A stretch of DNA of 64,000 bases from an uncultured Mucispirillum sp. (lineage in GTDB: Bacteria; Chrysiogenota; Deferribacteres; Deferribacterales; Mucispirillaceae): contig CALVEY010000006.1 in the NCBI GenBank assembly GCA_944326705.1, forward strand, positions 1,397 to 65,396, given 5' to 3'. This document shows, piece after piece, positions 28,923 through 39,109 of the stretch. How positions within the stretch are numbered: position 1 is the first letter of the stretch; the number at the start of each line of letters is the position of its first letter. The notes beneath the pieces were generated by a model. That model had not been told where the DNA came from. It made no database searches and saw only the letters and a program-made list of their open reading frames with translations. The position numbers and the translations under genes are program-made.

Positions 28923-29846
28923 GTGCATATCTCCGTTTTGTATTATGAATTAATTGATAATTTAAATGTTTCTGCCGACGGCATATATGTAGACTGCACT
29001 GGTGGTGGTGGAGGCCATGCCAGTCTGCTGCTGGAAAGGCTTGGAGAAAATGGCAGGCTTATTATTCTTGACAGAGATATAGATGCTGTTGCAAGACTGC
29101 AGGAAAAATTTGCAGAAGATAAAAGAGTGGAAATAGTCCACAGTAACTTTGCAGATATAGATACTGCGCTTTTAAGCAGAAATATAGAAAAAGTAGATGG
29201 GATATATGCAGACTTTGGCGTATCATCTTTTCAGCTTCAGGAGGCTGAGCGCGGCTTTTCTTTTAGAAAAGACGGCCCCCTTGATATGCGTATGGATACT
29301 ACATGTGGAGAGCCTGTAAGCGAGATAATTAATACTTATTCCGAAAGTAACCTTTCTACTATAATTTTTAAATATGGAGAAGAAAGATTTTCACGCCAGA
29401 TAGCTTCAGCAGTTGTGAAAAGGCGTGCAGTAAAACCTTTTACTACAACATTAGATTTTGCAGAAGTTGTAAAGGGAGCAATACCTAAAAAATTTCATAA
29501 AAAAGGTATAAACCCTGCAACAAAAACTTTTCAGGCTTTTCGTATTTTTGTAAATGGAGAGCTTGATGCAGTGGAAACATTAATGAGTAAGATATCTTCT
29601 CTATTAAAACCTAATGGACGGTTTGCTGCTATATCATTCCATTCATTAGAAGATAGAATAGTAAAAGAATGGCTTAATCATTATGCAGCACCATGTACAT
29701 GTCCTGACAGTTTTCCTGTATGTGTATGCGGCAAAGAGCCAGAAATGAAAGTAATAACTAGAAAGCCTATTGTACCAAGTGAAAAAGAGGTGATGCAGAA
29801 CCCTCTTTCTCGCAGTGCAAAATTAAGGGTAGCGGAGCGAATATAA
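28923..29846 (+). CDS. rsmH: 16S rRNA m4C1402 methyltransferase
   Basis: DCTGGGGGHA, DFGVSSFQL, GPLDMRMD, SFHSLEDRIVK, SRSAKLR. Confidence 0.97.
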   Translation: MHISVLYYELIDNLNVSADGIYVDCTGGGGGHASLLLERLGENGRLIILDRDIDAVARLQEKFAEDKRVEIVHSNFADIDTALLSRNIEKVDGIYADFGVSSFQLQEAERGFSFRKDGPLDMRMDTTCGEPVSEIINTYSESNLSTIIFKYGEERFSRQIASAVVKRRAVKPFTTTLDFAEVVKGAIPKKFHKKGINPATKTFQAFRIFVNGELDAVETLMSKISSLLKPNGRFAAISFHSLEDRIVKEWLNHYAAPCTCPDSFPVCVCGKEPEMKVITRKPIVPSEKEVMQNPLSRSAKLRVAERI

Positions 29847-30148
29847 TGAGAGTAATAAGTCAAGAGAGAGTAGCAGGCATAGGAATATCGCTGGCACCTG
29901 TTATGGTTATCAGCACATTAATTTTTGTATTTTGCATGGCAATACTTATGATATTTCGTCAGCACTGTATAAGTGAAGGCTATAAAATATCAGAACTTGC
30001 AAATGAACTTGACAGAAAAGCTTTACAGTATGAAGCGGTATCTCAAAAATATTCTGACGCATTAAGATGGGAAGTGCTTTTTAACAAGGCAGAAGATATG
30101 GGCTTTATTTTTCCAGTAGGCGGTAAAGTATATTATGTTCAAAAGTAG
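29846..30148 (+). CDS. ftsL: Cell division protein FtsL
   Basis: TM helix plus coiled coil, between rsmH and ftsI. Confidence 0.7.
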   Translation: MRVISQERVAGIGISLAPVMVISTLIFVFCMAILMIFRQHCISEGYKISELANELDRKALQYEAVSQKYSDALRWEVLFNKAEDMGFIFPVGGKVYYVQK

Positions 30149-31826
30149 CACAATATTTAAACTTTTCAGCATTTTTTCATTTGTTATATTTGGCATAGTA
30201 TTTCTCAAGCTTTTTTATCTGCAGATAATACAGGGCGATAAATATGAGAAAATGGTGGAAGTGCAGAGTGACCCAAGGTTATCTGTATTTACTGACAGAG
30301 GATATATTTATGACAAAGAGGGCAGGCTTTTAGCAAGGAATAAAAGTGCGGGCTCTCTTTATGCATATAGAAGAAATATACCAAATAAATATGAATTTTT
30401 TAAAGCATTAGAAGAAAACGGCATAAAAGTAAGCCAGAAAACTAAAAAAGCTTTGAAAGAAACTGATTCATTTACATGGATAGCAAGGCAGATTGATTTA
30501 GAAAAAGCAGAAAAACTTGCTGCTAAAATTGAAGGCCTTGAATACTTTGTTGAAGATGCAAGATTTTACCCACAAGGCTCATTAATGGCAAATATTGTGG
30601 GTTTTACTGGTTCTGATAATATAGGCAGAAGCGGTATAGAATACTTTTTAAACAGCAAGTTAGAAGGTAAAAAAGTAAATGTTACAAGTATAAAAGATTC
30701 CAGAAGAAAAGTTATTCTTTTTGAAGATAAAGGTGAGCTTGCCCGTCCTGATACACAGGTATATTTAACTTTATCTTCAAGAATACAGGCTGGAGCTGAG
30801 CATATATTAAGAGAGGGTGCAAAAACTTTTGGTGCAAAAAACGGCTCTGTTGTAGCAATGGATATAAAAACAGGGGAAATACTGCTTGCTGCTAATGTAA
30901 ACAGCTTTAATCCACACTCATACTGGAAATATCCTAGTGCATACTGGAGCAACCATAGTTTTAACTATGTTTTTGAGCCAGGCTCTATTTTTAAAACTGT
31001 AGCATTCAGCTATCTGCATAATAATGATAAGCTTGATAGAAACAGACTTATAGATACAAGTAAAAAAATTACTATAGGAAAGTATACTTATTCAGATACA
31101 AAATATTACGGAACATTAACTGTTGATGAAGTTTTTACTCATTCAAGTAATATTGGTATGACTCAGCTTATTAGAAATGAAAATAATAATAAGCAGGGTT
31201 TTTATGACTTTTTAGTTAAATCAGGTTTTGGTGATAAAACTGGCATATATGGGGCAAGTGAGGAAGCTGGTATAGTTAAGCCTGTATCAGCCTGGTCTAA
31301 AACAAGTCTTACTTCTATGGCAATAGGCTATGAAGTGCTTGTTACACCATTACAGGTTGTTCGTTTTTATGGTGCTCTTGCAAATAACGGTATAATGGTA
31401 AACCCTAAAATTATTTCTAAAATAGTTAAAGGTAATGAAATAGCAATACCAGAGCATGTGGAAACTCAAGTTTTATCAAAAGAAACTGCAAGTTACATGC
31501 TTGATTTAATGCAGAAAACTGTTGAAGACGGCACAGGGCAGAAAGCTAAAACACAGCTTACAAGAATAGCTGGCAAAACAGGAACTGCAAGGGTATATGA
31601 TAATAAAGCAGGTGCATATTCTACTCAAAACTATTCTGCAAGCTTTGCAGGAGTTTTCCCAGCAGAAGACCCAAAAGTAGCTATGATAGTAGTATATGAA
31701 TCACCTAGAAGCTCAATATACGGCGGCTCTACTGCTGCAAATGTTTTTAGACAGATTGCAGAGTTTATATCCACTGAAAAACATTATTTTGAGCCGGAAA
31801 TAGAGGTGGCAGCCCATGCAAATTAA
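30135..31826 (+). CDS. ftsI: Septal transpeptidase PBP3
   Basis: RGYIYD, EPGSIFK (SxxK), SSN (SxN), GKTGTA. Confidence 0.95.
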   Translation: MFKSSTIFKLFSIFSFVIFGIVFLKLFYLQIIQGDKYEKMVEVQSDPRLSVFTDRGYIYDKEGRLLARNKSAGSLYAYRRNIPNKYEFFKALEENGIKVSQKTKKALKETDSFTWIARQIDLEKAEKLAAKIEGLEYFVEDARFYPQGSLMANIVGFTGSDNIGRSGIEYFLNSKLEGKKVNVTSIKDSRRKVILFEDKGELARPDTQVYLTLSSRIQAGAEHILREGAKTFGAKNGSVVAMDIKTGEILLAANVNSFNPHSYWKYPSAYWSNHSFNYVFEPGSIFKTVAFSYLHNNDKLDRNRLIDTSKKITIGKYTYSDTKYYGTLTVDEVFTHSSNIGMTQLIRNENNNKQGFYDFLVKSGFGDKTGIYGASEEAGIVKPVSAWSKTSLTSMAIGYEVLVTPLQVVRFYGALANNGIMVNPKIISKIVKGNEIAIPEHVETQVLSKETASYMLDLMQKTVEDGTGQKAKTQLTRIAGKTGTARVYDNKAGAYSTQNYSASFAGVFPAEDPKVAMIVVYESPRSSIYGGSTAANVFRQIAEFISTEKHYFEPEIEVAAHAN

Positions 31827-33264
31827 AGAGTTGGTAGAAAAATTAAACCCAGTAAAAGTTAATTACTGCGGCAAAGAAAATATAGAAGTTAAAAATATTG
31901 CTCAGGATTCTAGAAATCCAAAAGGCACAGTATTTTTTGCATATAAAGGGGAAAGTTACGACTCTAATAAAGATGCAGAAAATATATATAAAAGCGGTAT
32001 GGCAGAATTTATTATCTGCGAAGAAGATTTAGGGGATAACATAGCCCATGCAGTTATAAAAAACGGCAGGCAGCTTTTGCCAAAAGCAGTATCTGCTTTT
32101 TATGATGAACCTATGAAAAAATACCACTCTATGGCAGTAACTGGAACAAACGGCAAAACTACTTCCACATACATTATGGAAAGTATTTTCCATGAAGCAG
32201 GTATGAAAACATGCAGAATAGGCACAACAGGCATTATGATAGATGATGAATTTGTTGAAATAGATAATACTACACCATCTCCAGAGCTTGTTTATTCAAG
32301 CCTGGCTCGTGGTTTAGAAAAAGGCTGCACAGCATTAACTATGGAAGTATCAAGCCATGCACTTGCTCAAGGCAGAATAAATGGTGCTTTTTTTGAAACA
32401 GCAGTATTTACTAACTTAACAGGCGACCATTTAGATTTTCATAAAAATATGGAAAACTATTTTGAAGCTAAAGCCCTGCTTTTTACTGATACTTACAGCA
32501 AACACAGGGTAATAAATATAAGCCATGAATATGGTAAAAAATTAGCTGGACTTATAAAAGAAAACTTAATTACTTTTAATGCTTTTGATAATGATGCAGA
32601 TATTTTCCCAGTAAAATATACATCAACAGTCCATGGTATAGATGCAGAAGTATCTGTATTTGGTAAAATAATAAATATTCATTCTATGCTGATAGGAGAA
32701 TATAACTTAGAAAATATTTTAGGTGCAGTAGGTGCTGCTTATTCATTAGGAATAAGTTTAGAAAATATAGTAAATGGTATAAAAAACCTTAAAAATGTAC
32801 CAGGCAGGCTTGAAAAATTCAGTAATAAAAATATTACTGCCTTTGTAGATTATGCTCATACTGATGATGCACTTATTAATGCTATTTCATCACTTAGGCA
32901 GGTGGCAAAGGGCAGAATAATCACTGTATTTGGAGCAGGCGGCGATAGAGATGCAACTAAGCGTCCTAGAATGGCTAAAGCTTCCACAGAGCTTTCTGAT
33001 ATTACTATTATTACAAGCGATAACCCAAGAACTGAAGACCCGCTTAAAATAATAGATGATATTTTAAAAGGTGTTGTGCAGGGCAAAGAATACTATGTAG
33101 AGCCAGACAGGGAAAAAGCTATTGCAAAAGCTGTATCTATTGCAAAAGAGCATGATATTATCTTTATTGCAGGCAAAGGCCATGAAGATTATCAGATTAT
33201 CGGCAAAACTAAACATCATTTTGATGACAGGCTGGTAGTGCAGAAATATCTTGGAGCATTATAA
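31816..33264 (+). CDS. murE: UDP-MurNAc-tripeptide synthetase (meso-DAP type)
   Basis: TGTNGKTT, MEVSSH, DHLDFH, DYAHT, DNPR, GKGHE. Confidence 0.97.
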   Translation: MQIKELVEKLNPVKVNYCGKENIEVKNIAQDSRNPKGTVFFAYKGESYDSNKDAENIYKSGMAEFIICEEDLGDNIAHAVIKNGRQLLPKAVSAFYDEPMKKYHSMAVTGTNGKTTSTYIMESIFHEAGMKTCRIGTTGIMIDDEFVEIDNTTPSPELVYSSLARGLEKGCTALTMEVSSHALAQGRINGAFFETAVFTNLTGDHLDFHKNMENYFEAKALLFTDTYSKHRVINISHEYGKKLAGLIKENLITFNAFDNDADIFPVKYTSTVHGIDAEVSVFGKIINIHSMLIGEYNLENILGAVGAAYSLGISLENIVNGIKNLKNVPGRLEKFSNKNITAFVDYAHTDDALINAISSLRQVAKGRIITVFGAGGDRDATKRPRMAKASTELSDITIITSDNPRTEDPLKIIDDILKGVVQGKEYYVEPDREKAIAKAVSIAKEHDIIFIAGKGHEDYQIIGKTKHHFDDRLVVQKYLGAL

Positions 33265-34592
33265 TGAAAGTATCAGATATTTTACAAAAACTACCTGTTA
33301 TAAAAAGTGATATTGTAAAAGATGAAGAAGTGAATGGTGCTTTTCTTGATTCAAGGCTTGTGCGTTCTGGCTCATTATTTTTTGCATGCCGCGGAGAAAA
33401 TGCAGACGGCAACTTATATGCTCAAAAATCATTAGATACAGGTGCTGCTGCAGTTATTATGGATAATGAAAGCATATATAATGAAGTAAAAGGCAGCAAA
33501 TTATTAGTAGAAGATACATTAGAGTTTATGCAGAAATTAGGCAGAATAAGGTTTGATGAACTGCATAATTCAGATAAAAGAGTAATAGCTGTTACAGGCT
33601 CTTTTGGCAAAACTGGTATGAAAGAAATGCTTAAATACATTTTCAGAGAGCAGGAAAGAGTATATGCAACAGACGGCAATAAAAACAATATGCTTGGTGT
33701 TATGCTTACAGGCTGCGGCATAGATGATAAGGCAGGCACTGTAATAATTGAACTTGGTTCAAATAATTTTGGAGAGATTAAAGAATTAACTGAAATTGTC
33801 CGCCCAAATATTGCAGTTGTTACAAGTGTAGGTCATGCTCATATAGGCAGATTTAAAACATTTGAAAGGCTTATTTTTGAAAAAATGTCTATAAGTGATG
33901 GCTTAACAAAAGGGGGCGAATTTATTATCCCTACAAAGCTGACACCATTTGTGCCAAAAGGTGATTTTAAATTTAGGACTTTTGGTGAAAGTGCTTATTC
34001 TGGCATAAGAATTACAGAGCATACTCACCATGGGGAATATATTACATTTAAAACAAACTTAACAACAACTGAGTTTAGAATAAACCACCCATATATGCAC
34101 ATAGCAGAAAACTCTCTCTGTGCTGTATATGCAGCTCTTTTATCAAATATTGATGAAGAAAAAATAGCACGTGGTTTATTAGAATATAAATCAGCAAAAG
34201 GCCATGGCAGTTTTGAAAATATTGGTGATATATTTTTAATAGATGACAGCTATAATGCAGGGTTTGAATCTTTTATAAAAAGTACAGAAAGCCTGCATTT
34301 AATGACTAAAACACCAAAATATGCAGTATATGGTGAAATGGGCGAAATAGAAGGATATGAAGAAGAGCTTTATAATGAGATTTGCCAGCTTGCTTTTTCT
34401 TATCCAGATATTAACTTTTATCTTGTAGGCGAAAGCTATGCAAAGGCAAAAGAATTAGAAAACAGAAAAATCTTTTTAACAAAAGATGATTGTATAAATG
34501 CAGTAAAAGATATAAAAAATGGTATAGTTATAGTAAAAGCTTCAAGAGCTAAAAAATTTGAAGATATAGTAAAAGTAATAAAAGAGAAGTAG
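33264..34592 (+). CDS. murF: UDP-MurNAc-pentapeptide synthetase
   Basis: DSR, TGSFGKT, IELG, HAHIG, IDDSYNA, VKASR. Confidence 0.93.
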   Translation: MKVSDILQKLPVIKSDIVKDEEVNGAFLDSRLVRSGSLFFACRGENADGNLYAQKSLDTGAAAVIMDNESIYNEVKGSKLLVEDTLEFMQKLGRIRFDELHNSDKRVIAVTGSFGKTGMKEMLKYIFREQERVYATDGNKNNMLGVMLTGCGIDDKAGTVIIELGSNNFGEIKELTEIVRPNIAVVTSVGHAHIGRFKTFERLIFEKMSISDGLTKGGEFIIPTKLTPFVPKGDFKFRTFGESAYSGIRITEHTHHGEYITFKTNLTTTEFRINHPYMHIAENSLCAVYAALLSNIDEEKIARGLLEYKSAKGHGSFENIGDIFLIDDSYNAGFESFIKSTESLHLMTKTPKYAVYGEMGEIEGYEEELYNEICQLAFSYPDINFYLVGESYAKAKELENRKIFLTKDDCINAVKDIKNGIVIVKASRAKKFEDIVKVIKEK

Positions 34593-34601
34593 GAGCAGAA
34601 T

Positions 34602-35687
34602 ATGCTTTATAATTTATTATACCCGCTTTCATCACAGTTTACATTTCTGAATGTTTTTCAATATATTACATTCAGAACTATGTTTGCAACACTAACAGCC
34701 TTAATCATTACAATGCTGATAGGTGACATTGTAACAGATATGCTTAAAAGGTGGAAGCTTGCTCAAATTACAAAAGGTTATGAGCCAAAACGCCATAAAG
34801 CAAAAGAAGGCACACCAACTATGGGCGGTATAATGATTATAGGAACAACTGTTCTTTCCACTCTATTATGGGCAGATATTAATAACCATTATATAATACT
34901 GCTTTTAATATTATTTGTTGGATTTGGTGCAGTTGGTTTTGCAGATGACTATGTTAAAACTATTAAAAGAAACCCAGAAGGGCTTCATGGCAAAACAAAA
35001 CTTGTATATGAAATTATTATATCTACAATTGTAGTTTATTTATTAATAATGCTTGATAATTCTGGTAAAGTAACAAGCATAACTTTACCATTTTTTAAGA
35101 ATTTTATAATAGATATTAACTGGTTTTATCTGCCATTTGCTGTTTTTGTAATAGTTGCCTGCAGTAATGCAGTAAATTTAACTGACGGTTTAGATGGACT
35201 TGTTACAGTGCCTGCAATTACTGCTTTTGCAGTGTATGGTTTATTTGCATACATTATGAGTAACTATACATTTACAAGCTACTTATATCTGCCACACCTG
35301 CCACAGACTGGAGAACTGGCAGTATTTTGCGGTGCAATGTTTGGAGCAGGGCTTGGGTTTTTATGGTTTAATACATTTCCTGCAACTATATTTATGGGCG
35401 ATGTAGGCTCTCTTTCAATAGGCGGCTCATTAGGTTTAATTGCATGTATGGTTAAACAGGAAATACTGCTTGTAATTGTTGGCGGCTTATTTGTTGTAGA
35501 AGCATTATCTGTAATATTACAGGTAGGATATTTTAAAATAACACATGGCAAAAGGCTTTTTAGAATGGCACCACTTCACCACCATTTTGAATTAAAAGGC
35601 TGGAGTGAGCCAAAAATTATTATCAGATTTTGGATAATAACATTTATACTTGCAATACTTGCAATCAGTACACTTAAATTAAGGTAG
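34602..35687 (+). CDS. mraY: Phospho-MurNAc-pentapeptide transferase
   Basis: TPTMGG, DDY, NAVNLTDGLDGL, FMGDVGS, MAPLHHHFE. Confidence 0.98.
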   Translation: MLYNLLYPLSSQFTFLNVFQYITFRTMFATLTALIITMLIGDIVTDMLKRWKLAQITKGYEPKRHKAKEGTPTMGGIMIIGTTVLSTLLWADINNHYIILLLILFVGFGAVGFADDYVKTIKRNPEGLHGKTKLVYEIIISTIVVYLLIMLDNSGKVTSITLPFFKNFIIDINWFYLPFAVFVIVACSNAVNLTDGLDGLVTVPAITAFAVYGLFAYIMSNYTFTSYLYLPHLPQTGELAVFCGAMFGAGLGFLWFNTFPATIFMGDVGSLSIGGSLGLIACMVKQEILLVIVGGLFVVEALSVILQVGYFKITHGKRLFRMAPLHHHFELKGWSEPKIIIRFWIITFILAILAISTLKLR

Positions 35688-35695
35688 GTAATAGT

Positions 35696-36955
35696 ATGAA
35701 AGCTGCAATTATAGGATACGGCAAGAGCGGTGCCGCAGCAGAAAAATTATTAAGGTTAAAAGGCTTTGAAAATATTGATATTTTTGATGATAAAGCAGAG
35801 CAGTATGCTGATATTGCAGAATATAAAAATGAATATGATTTAACATGTGTAAGCCCTGGTATTGATTTAAATAAATATACAAATATTAAGGGTAATATTA
35901 CAAGTGAAATAGAGCTTGCTTATGAAAAAATGAATAAAAATGCAAAAATTATTGCAATTACAGGCACAAACGGCAAGTCTACTACTACACATTTAACTGC
36001 TCAGATAATCAATTATGCAGGTAAAAAAGCTGTTGCCTGCGGAAATATTGGCTACCCTTATGGAATGGCAGTTTTAGAGCAGGATGCAGATGTATATGTT
36101 ATAGAGTTATCAAGCTTTCAAATAGAGCTTTTGAAAAACTTTAATGCAGTATCTGGCTGTATTATAAATGTTACACAAGACCATTTAGACAGATATGGCA
36201 CAATGGAAAAATATTATGCAGCAAAACTTATGCTTTTAAATTTCATAGATAAAAATGGTTTATTTGTAACAAATACTGATGAAATAATAAAAGCAGAAGT
36301 TTTAAAACATAATATAGAAACTAAATATATTGATGATAATTTATCAGTTTATCCAAAATATAATGGCAAAATATTAGATTTTGGCAAATTTAGTGCAGAT
36401 ACTTCTAAATTTAAACTGTTTGGAAAACATAACCTTATAAACTTATCTTTTGCCTTAACTATGGCAGATAAAGTATGTGATTTTAATGGTGATGTTTCTT
36501 CCTTATTAGAAAATTTAACAAGTATGCCACACAGAACTGAGCTTGCAGCTGAAATTAATGGTGTAAAATGGATAAATGACTCAAAAGCTACAAATGTAGA
36601 TTCTGTATATACAGCACTGCAAAGCATAGAAAAACCGTCTATTTTATTAATAGGGGGCAGAGATAAAAAAAGCGACTACAAACCGCTTATAGACTTAATA
36701 AATAAAAATATAAGCAAAGTATGCTATTTTGGTGAAGCAGCTGATTTAATTAAAAATCAGATTTCATCACTTTTAAAAGATGTGGAAGAAGAAAGTTATG
36801 ACAGTTTAAAAAACTGTATAAATTCACTTGCAAAAAATACTGCATCAGGTACAACTGTATTACTTTCCCCAGCCTGCACAAGCTTTGATGAATTTAAAAG
36901 CTATGAAGACAGGGGCGTAAAATTTAAAGAGTATGTGCTTGAATATACTAAATAA
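35696..36955 (+). CDS. murD: UDP-MurNAc-L-Ala:D-Glu ligase
   Basis: GYGKSG, SPG, TGTNGKSTT, ELSSFQ, DHLDRY, NDSKATN. Confidence 0.97.
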   Translation: MKAAIIGYGKSGAAAEKLLRLKGFENIDIFDDKAEQYADIAEYKNEYDLTCVSPGIDLNKYTNIKGNITSEIELAYEKMNKNAKIIAITGTNGKSTTTHLTAQIINYAGKKAVACGNIGYPYGMAVLEQDADVYVIELSSFQIELLKNFNAVSGCIINVTQDHLDRYGTMEKYYAAKLMLLNFIDKNGLFVTNTDEIIKAEVLKHNIETKYIDDNLSVYPKYNGKILDFGKFSADTSKFKLFGKHNLINLSFALTMADKVCDFNGDVSSLLENLTSMPHRTELAAEINGVKWINDSKATNVDSVYTALQSIEKPSILLIGGRDKKSDYKPLIDLINKNISKVCYFGEAADLIKNQISSLLKDVEEESYDSLKNCINSLAKNTASGTTVLLSPACTSFDEFKSYEDRGVKFKEYVLEYTK

Positions 36956-36967
36956 TGGGGCAGGTAT

Positions 36968-38059
36968 ATGATAAACATTAAAGATATTCGGTTTCAGATA
37001 CTTAGCATTTGTGCACTGCTTATTATGATTGGGCTTATTTTCATATATAATACAAGTGCACCGCAGGCAATAAGACTTGAAAAACATGAGCTTTATTTTT
37101 TCATTAAGCAGTTTATACATGTAATTATAGGCTTTATAGCTTTAATGATAGCATATAAAATACCGCTGGAATTTTACAGAAGATTTGTAATGCCAATATT
37201 TTTTATAACATTACTTCTTTTAATTGTTGTATTTTTTATGCCGGGAGCAAATGGAGCAAAAAGATGGATATATCTTCCTTTTGTAACTTTTCAGCCATCT
37301 GAGATTGCAAAATTTACAGTTGTGCTTTATTTGGCCCACTATTTAGATAAGAAAAATGATAAAATGTGGGATTTTATGACTGGATTTCTGCCTGCTACAC
37401 TGCTTGTAGGTATATTAGCAGCCTTAATCATTATAGAGCCGGATTTTGGAACAACTACATTAATAGTTATTGTTGCTTTTACAATGTTTATAGTTGGTGG
37501 AGCAAGACTTACCCATATTTTTGGTATAATAGGTATAGTTCTTCCAGTATTAGTTGCAGCACTGCTTGCAGGGGAATACAGGAAAGCAAGACTTTTAAAC
37601 TTTTTAGACCCATGGCAGGACCAGTATGGTGTAGGCTATCAGTTAATTCAAAGCCTTGCATCAGTTGGCAGTGGCGGTTTATTTGGCAGAGGGCTTGGCA
37701 ACTCTACACAAAAGCTTTTCTTCCTGCCAGAAGCACATACTGACTTTATTTATGCAATTATTGCAGAAGAAACAGGGCTTATTGGAGCAAGTATAGTTTT
37801 TCTTATAATAGTATTTTTATTCAGGAAAAACTTACAGGCTGCTTTTATACATGAAGATAAATTTAAAAGACTGCTTGTATTTGGTCTTTCATTTTTAATA
37901 TTTGTGCAAAGCTTTGTGCATGTATTTGTTGTAATCGGCCTGCTTCCTACAAAAGGCTTAACACTTCCTTTTGTATCTTACGGCGGCTCGGCTATTGTGG
38001 TTACAATGTTTTTTATAGGTGTTATTTTACGCTCAATAGATGAGGCAGAAGAAAAATGA
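36968..38059 (+). CDS. ftsW: SEDS peptidoglycan polymerase FtsW
   Basis: GAKRWI, FQPSE, EPDFG, FLPEAHTDF, SYGGS. Confidence 0.96.
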   Translation: MINIKDIRFQILSICALLIMIGLIFIYNTSAPQAIRLEKHELYFFIKQFIHVIIGFIALMIAYKIPLEFYRRFVMPIFFITLLLLIVVFFMPGANGAKRWIYLPFVTFQPSEIAKFTVVLYLAHYLDKKNDKMWDFMTGFLPATLLVGILAALIIIEPDFGTTTLIVIVAFTMFIVGGARLTHIFGIIGIVLPVLVAALLAGEYRKARLLNFLDPWQDQYGVGYQLIQSLASVGSGGLFGRGLGNSTQKLFFLPEAHTDFIYAIIAEETGLIGASIVFLIIVFLFRKNLQAAFIHEDKFKRLLVFGLSFLIFVQSFVHVFVVIGLLPTKGLTLPFVSYGGSAIVVTMFFIGVILRSIDEAEEK

Positions 38060-39096
38060 AGGTAGTATTTGCAGGCGGCGGCACTGGCGGGCATTTATAT
38101 CCTGCTGTTGCAATTAGTGAACAGTTAAAAAAACATAATATAAATTACTATTTTATGGTATCAGACAGGGGCATAGAAAGAAATATCCTGCGCCCTTTAA
38201 ACTGTCAGTTTGAAGAACAAAAAGTGTCTGCTTATATGAATCAGTCAGTAACTGGTAAAATAAAAGCAGTATTTAATATGATAAAAGCAACAGGCAGAGC
38301 ATTAAAAGTAGTGCAGAAAGGGGATAAAGTAATATTAACTGGCGGTTTTGCTGCTGCTCCCTCTGCAATAGCTGCTATTTTAAAAGGCTGCGATTTATAC
38401 CTGCATGAGCAGAACAGTGTAATGGGGCTTGTTAATAGAATATTTGCAAGGTTCAGCAAAAAAGTATTTTTATCATTTGAAAATACTAAAAATGCAAAAG
38501 GTAATTTAATTGTTACAGGTAACCCTGTAAGAGAAGTATTTTATAATACATTACCTAAAAAAGATTATACTGGCAGACTGCTGATTTTAGGCGGCTCGCA
38601 GGGCAGTAGAAAAATAAATAAATTAATTTCATCATCAATAGATGAAATAATGTCAGCAGGCTTTAATGTAACACATCAGTGTGGCGCAAAGCTTTATGAT
38701 GAAACAAAAGATATGTATGGTAATAAGCTTGATGAATATAAAGACAGGCTTATTTTAAAGGCTTATATAGAAAATGCAGTTGACGAAATGAGCAAAGCTG
38801 ATATTATAATTTCTCGCTCTGGAGCTGGTGCTGTATTTGAAATAAAAGCATTAAAATGCCCTGCAGTATATATACCTTTTGCAGGGGCAAGCGAAAATCA
38901 TCAGTATTATAATGCACTAGAAGAAAAAAATAAAGGCTGCTGCATAATACTTGAAGAAGATAAGGCAGATACTGCATCTCTTCAAGCTGCTTTAAATGAA
39001 ATAAAAGATAATATTGCAGTTTACAGGGCAAATTTAGAAAAAAGCCCAGTGCAGAGAAGCAGTGAGATTATATTTAAAGAATTAGATATTATATAA
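38056..39096 (+). CDS. murG: Lipid II GlcNAc transferase
   Basis: GGGTGGHLYP, HEQN, GNPVR, GGSQGS, ISRSGA, HQYYNA. Confidence 0.97.
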   Translation: MKVVFAGGGTGGHLYPAVAISEQLKKHNINYYFMVSDRGIERNILRPLNCQFEEQKVSAYMNQSVTGKIKAVFNMIKATGRALKVVQKGDKVILTGGFAAAPSAIAAILKGCDLYLHEQNSVMGLVNRIFARFSKKVFLSFENTKNAKGNLIVTGNPVREVFYNTLPKKDYTGRLLILGGSQGSRKINKLISSSIDEIMSAGFNVTHQCGAKLYDETKDMYGNKLDEYKDRLILKAYIENAVDEMSKADIIISRSGAGAVFEIKALKCPAVYIPFAGASENHQYYNALEEKNKGCCIILEEDKADTASLQAALNEIKDNIAVYRANLEKSPVQRSSEIIFKELDII

Positions 39097-39109
39097 GTGG
39101 AGTGTAGAA

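Noticed and set aside
33264-34592. murF as a pseudogene because of the variant P-loop TGSFGKTGMKE
   Set aside because: Full-length ORF, translationally coupled, other motifs intact
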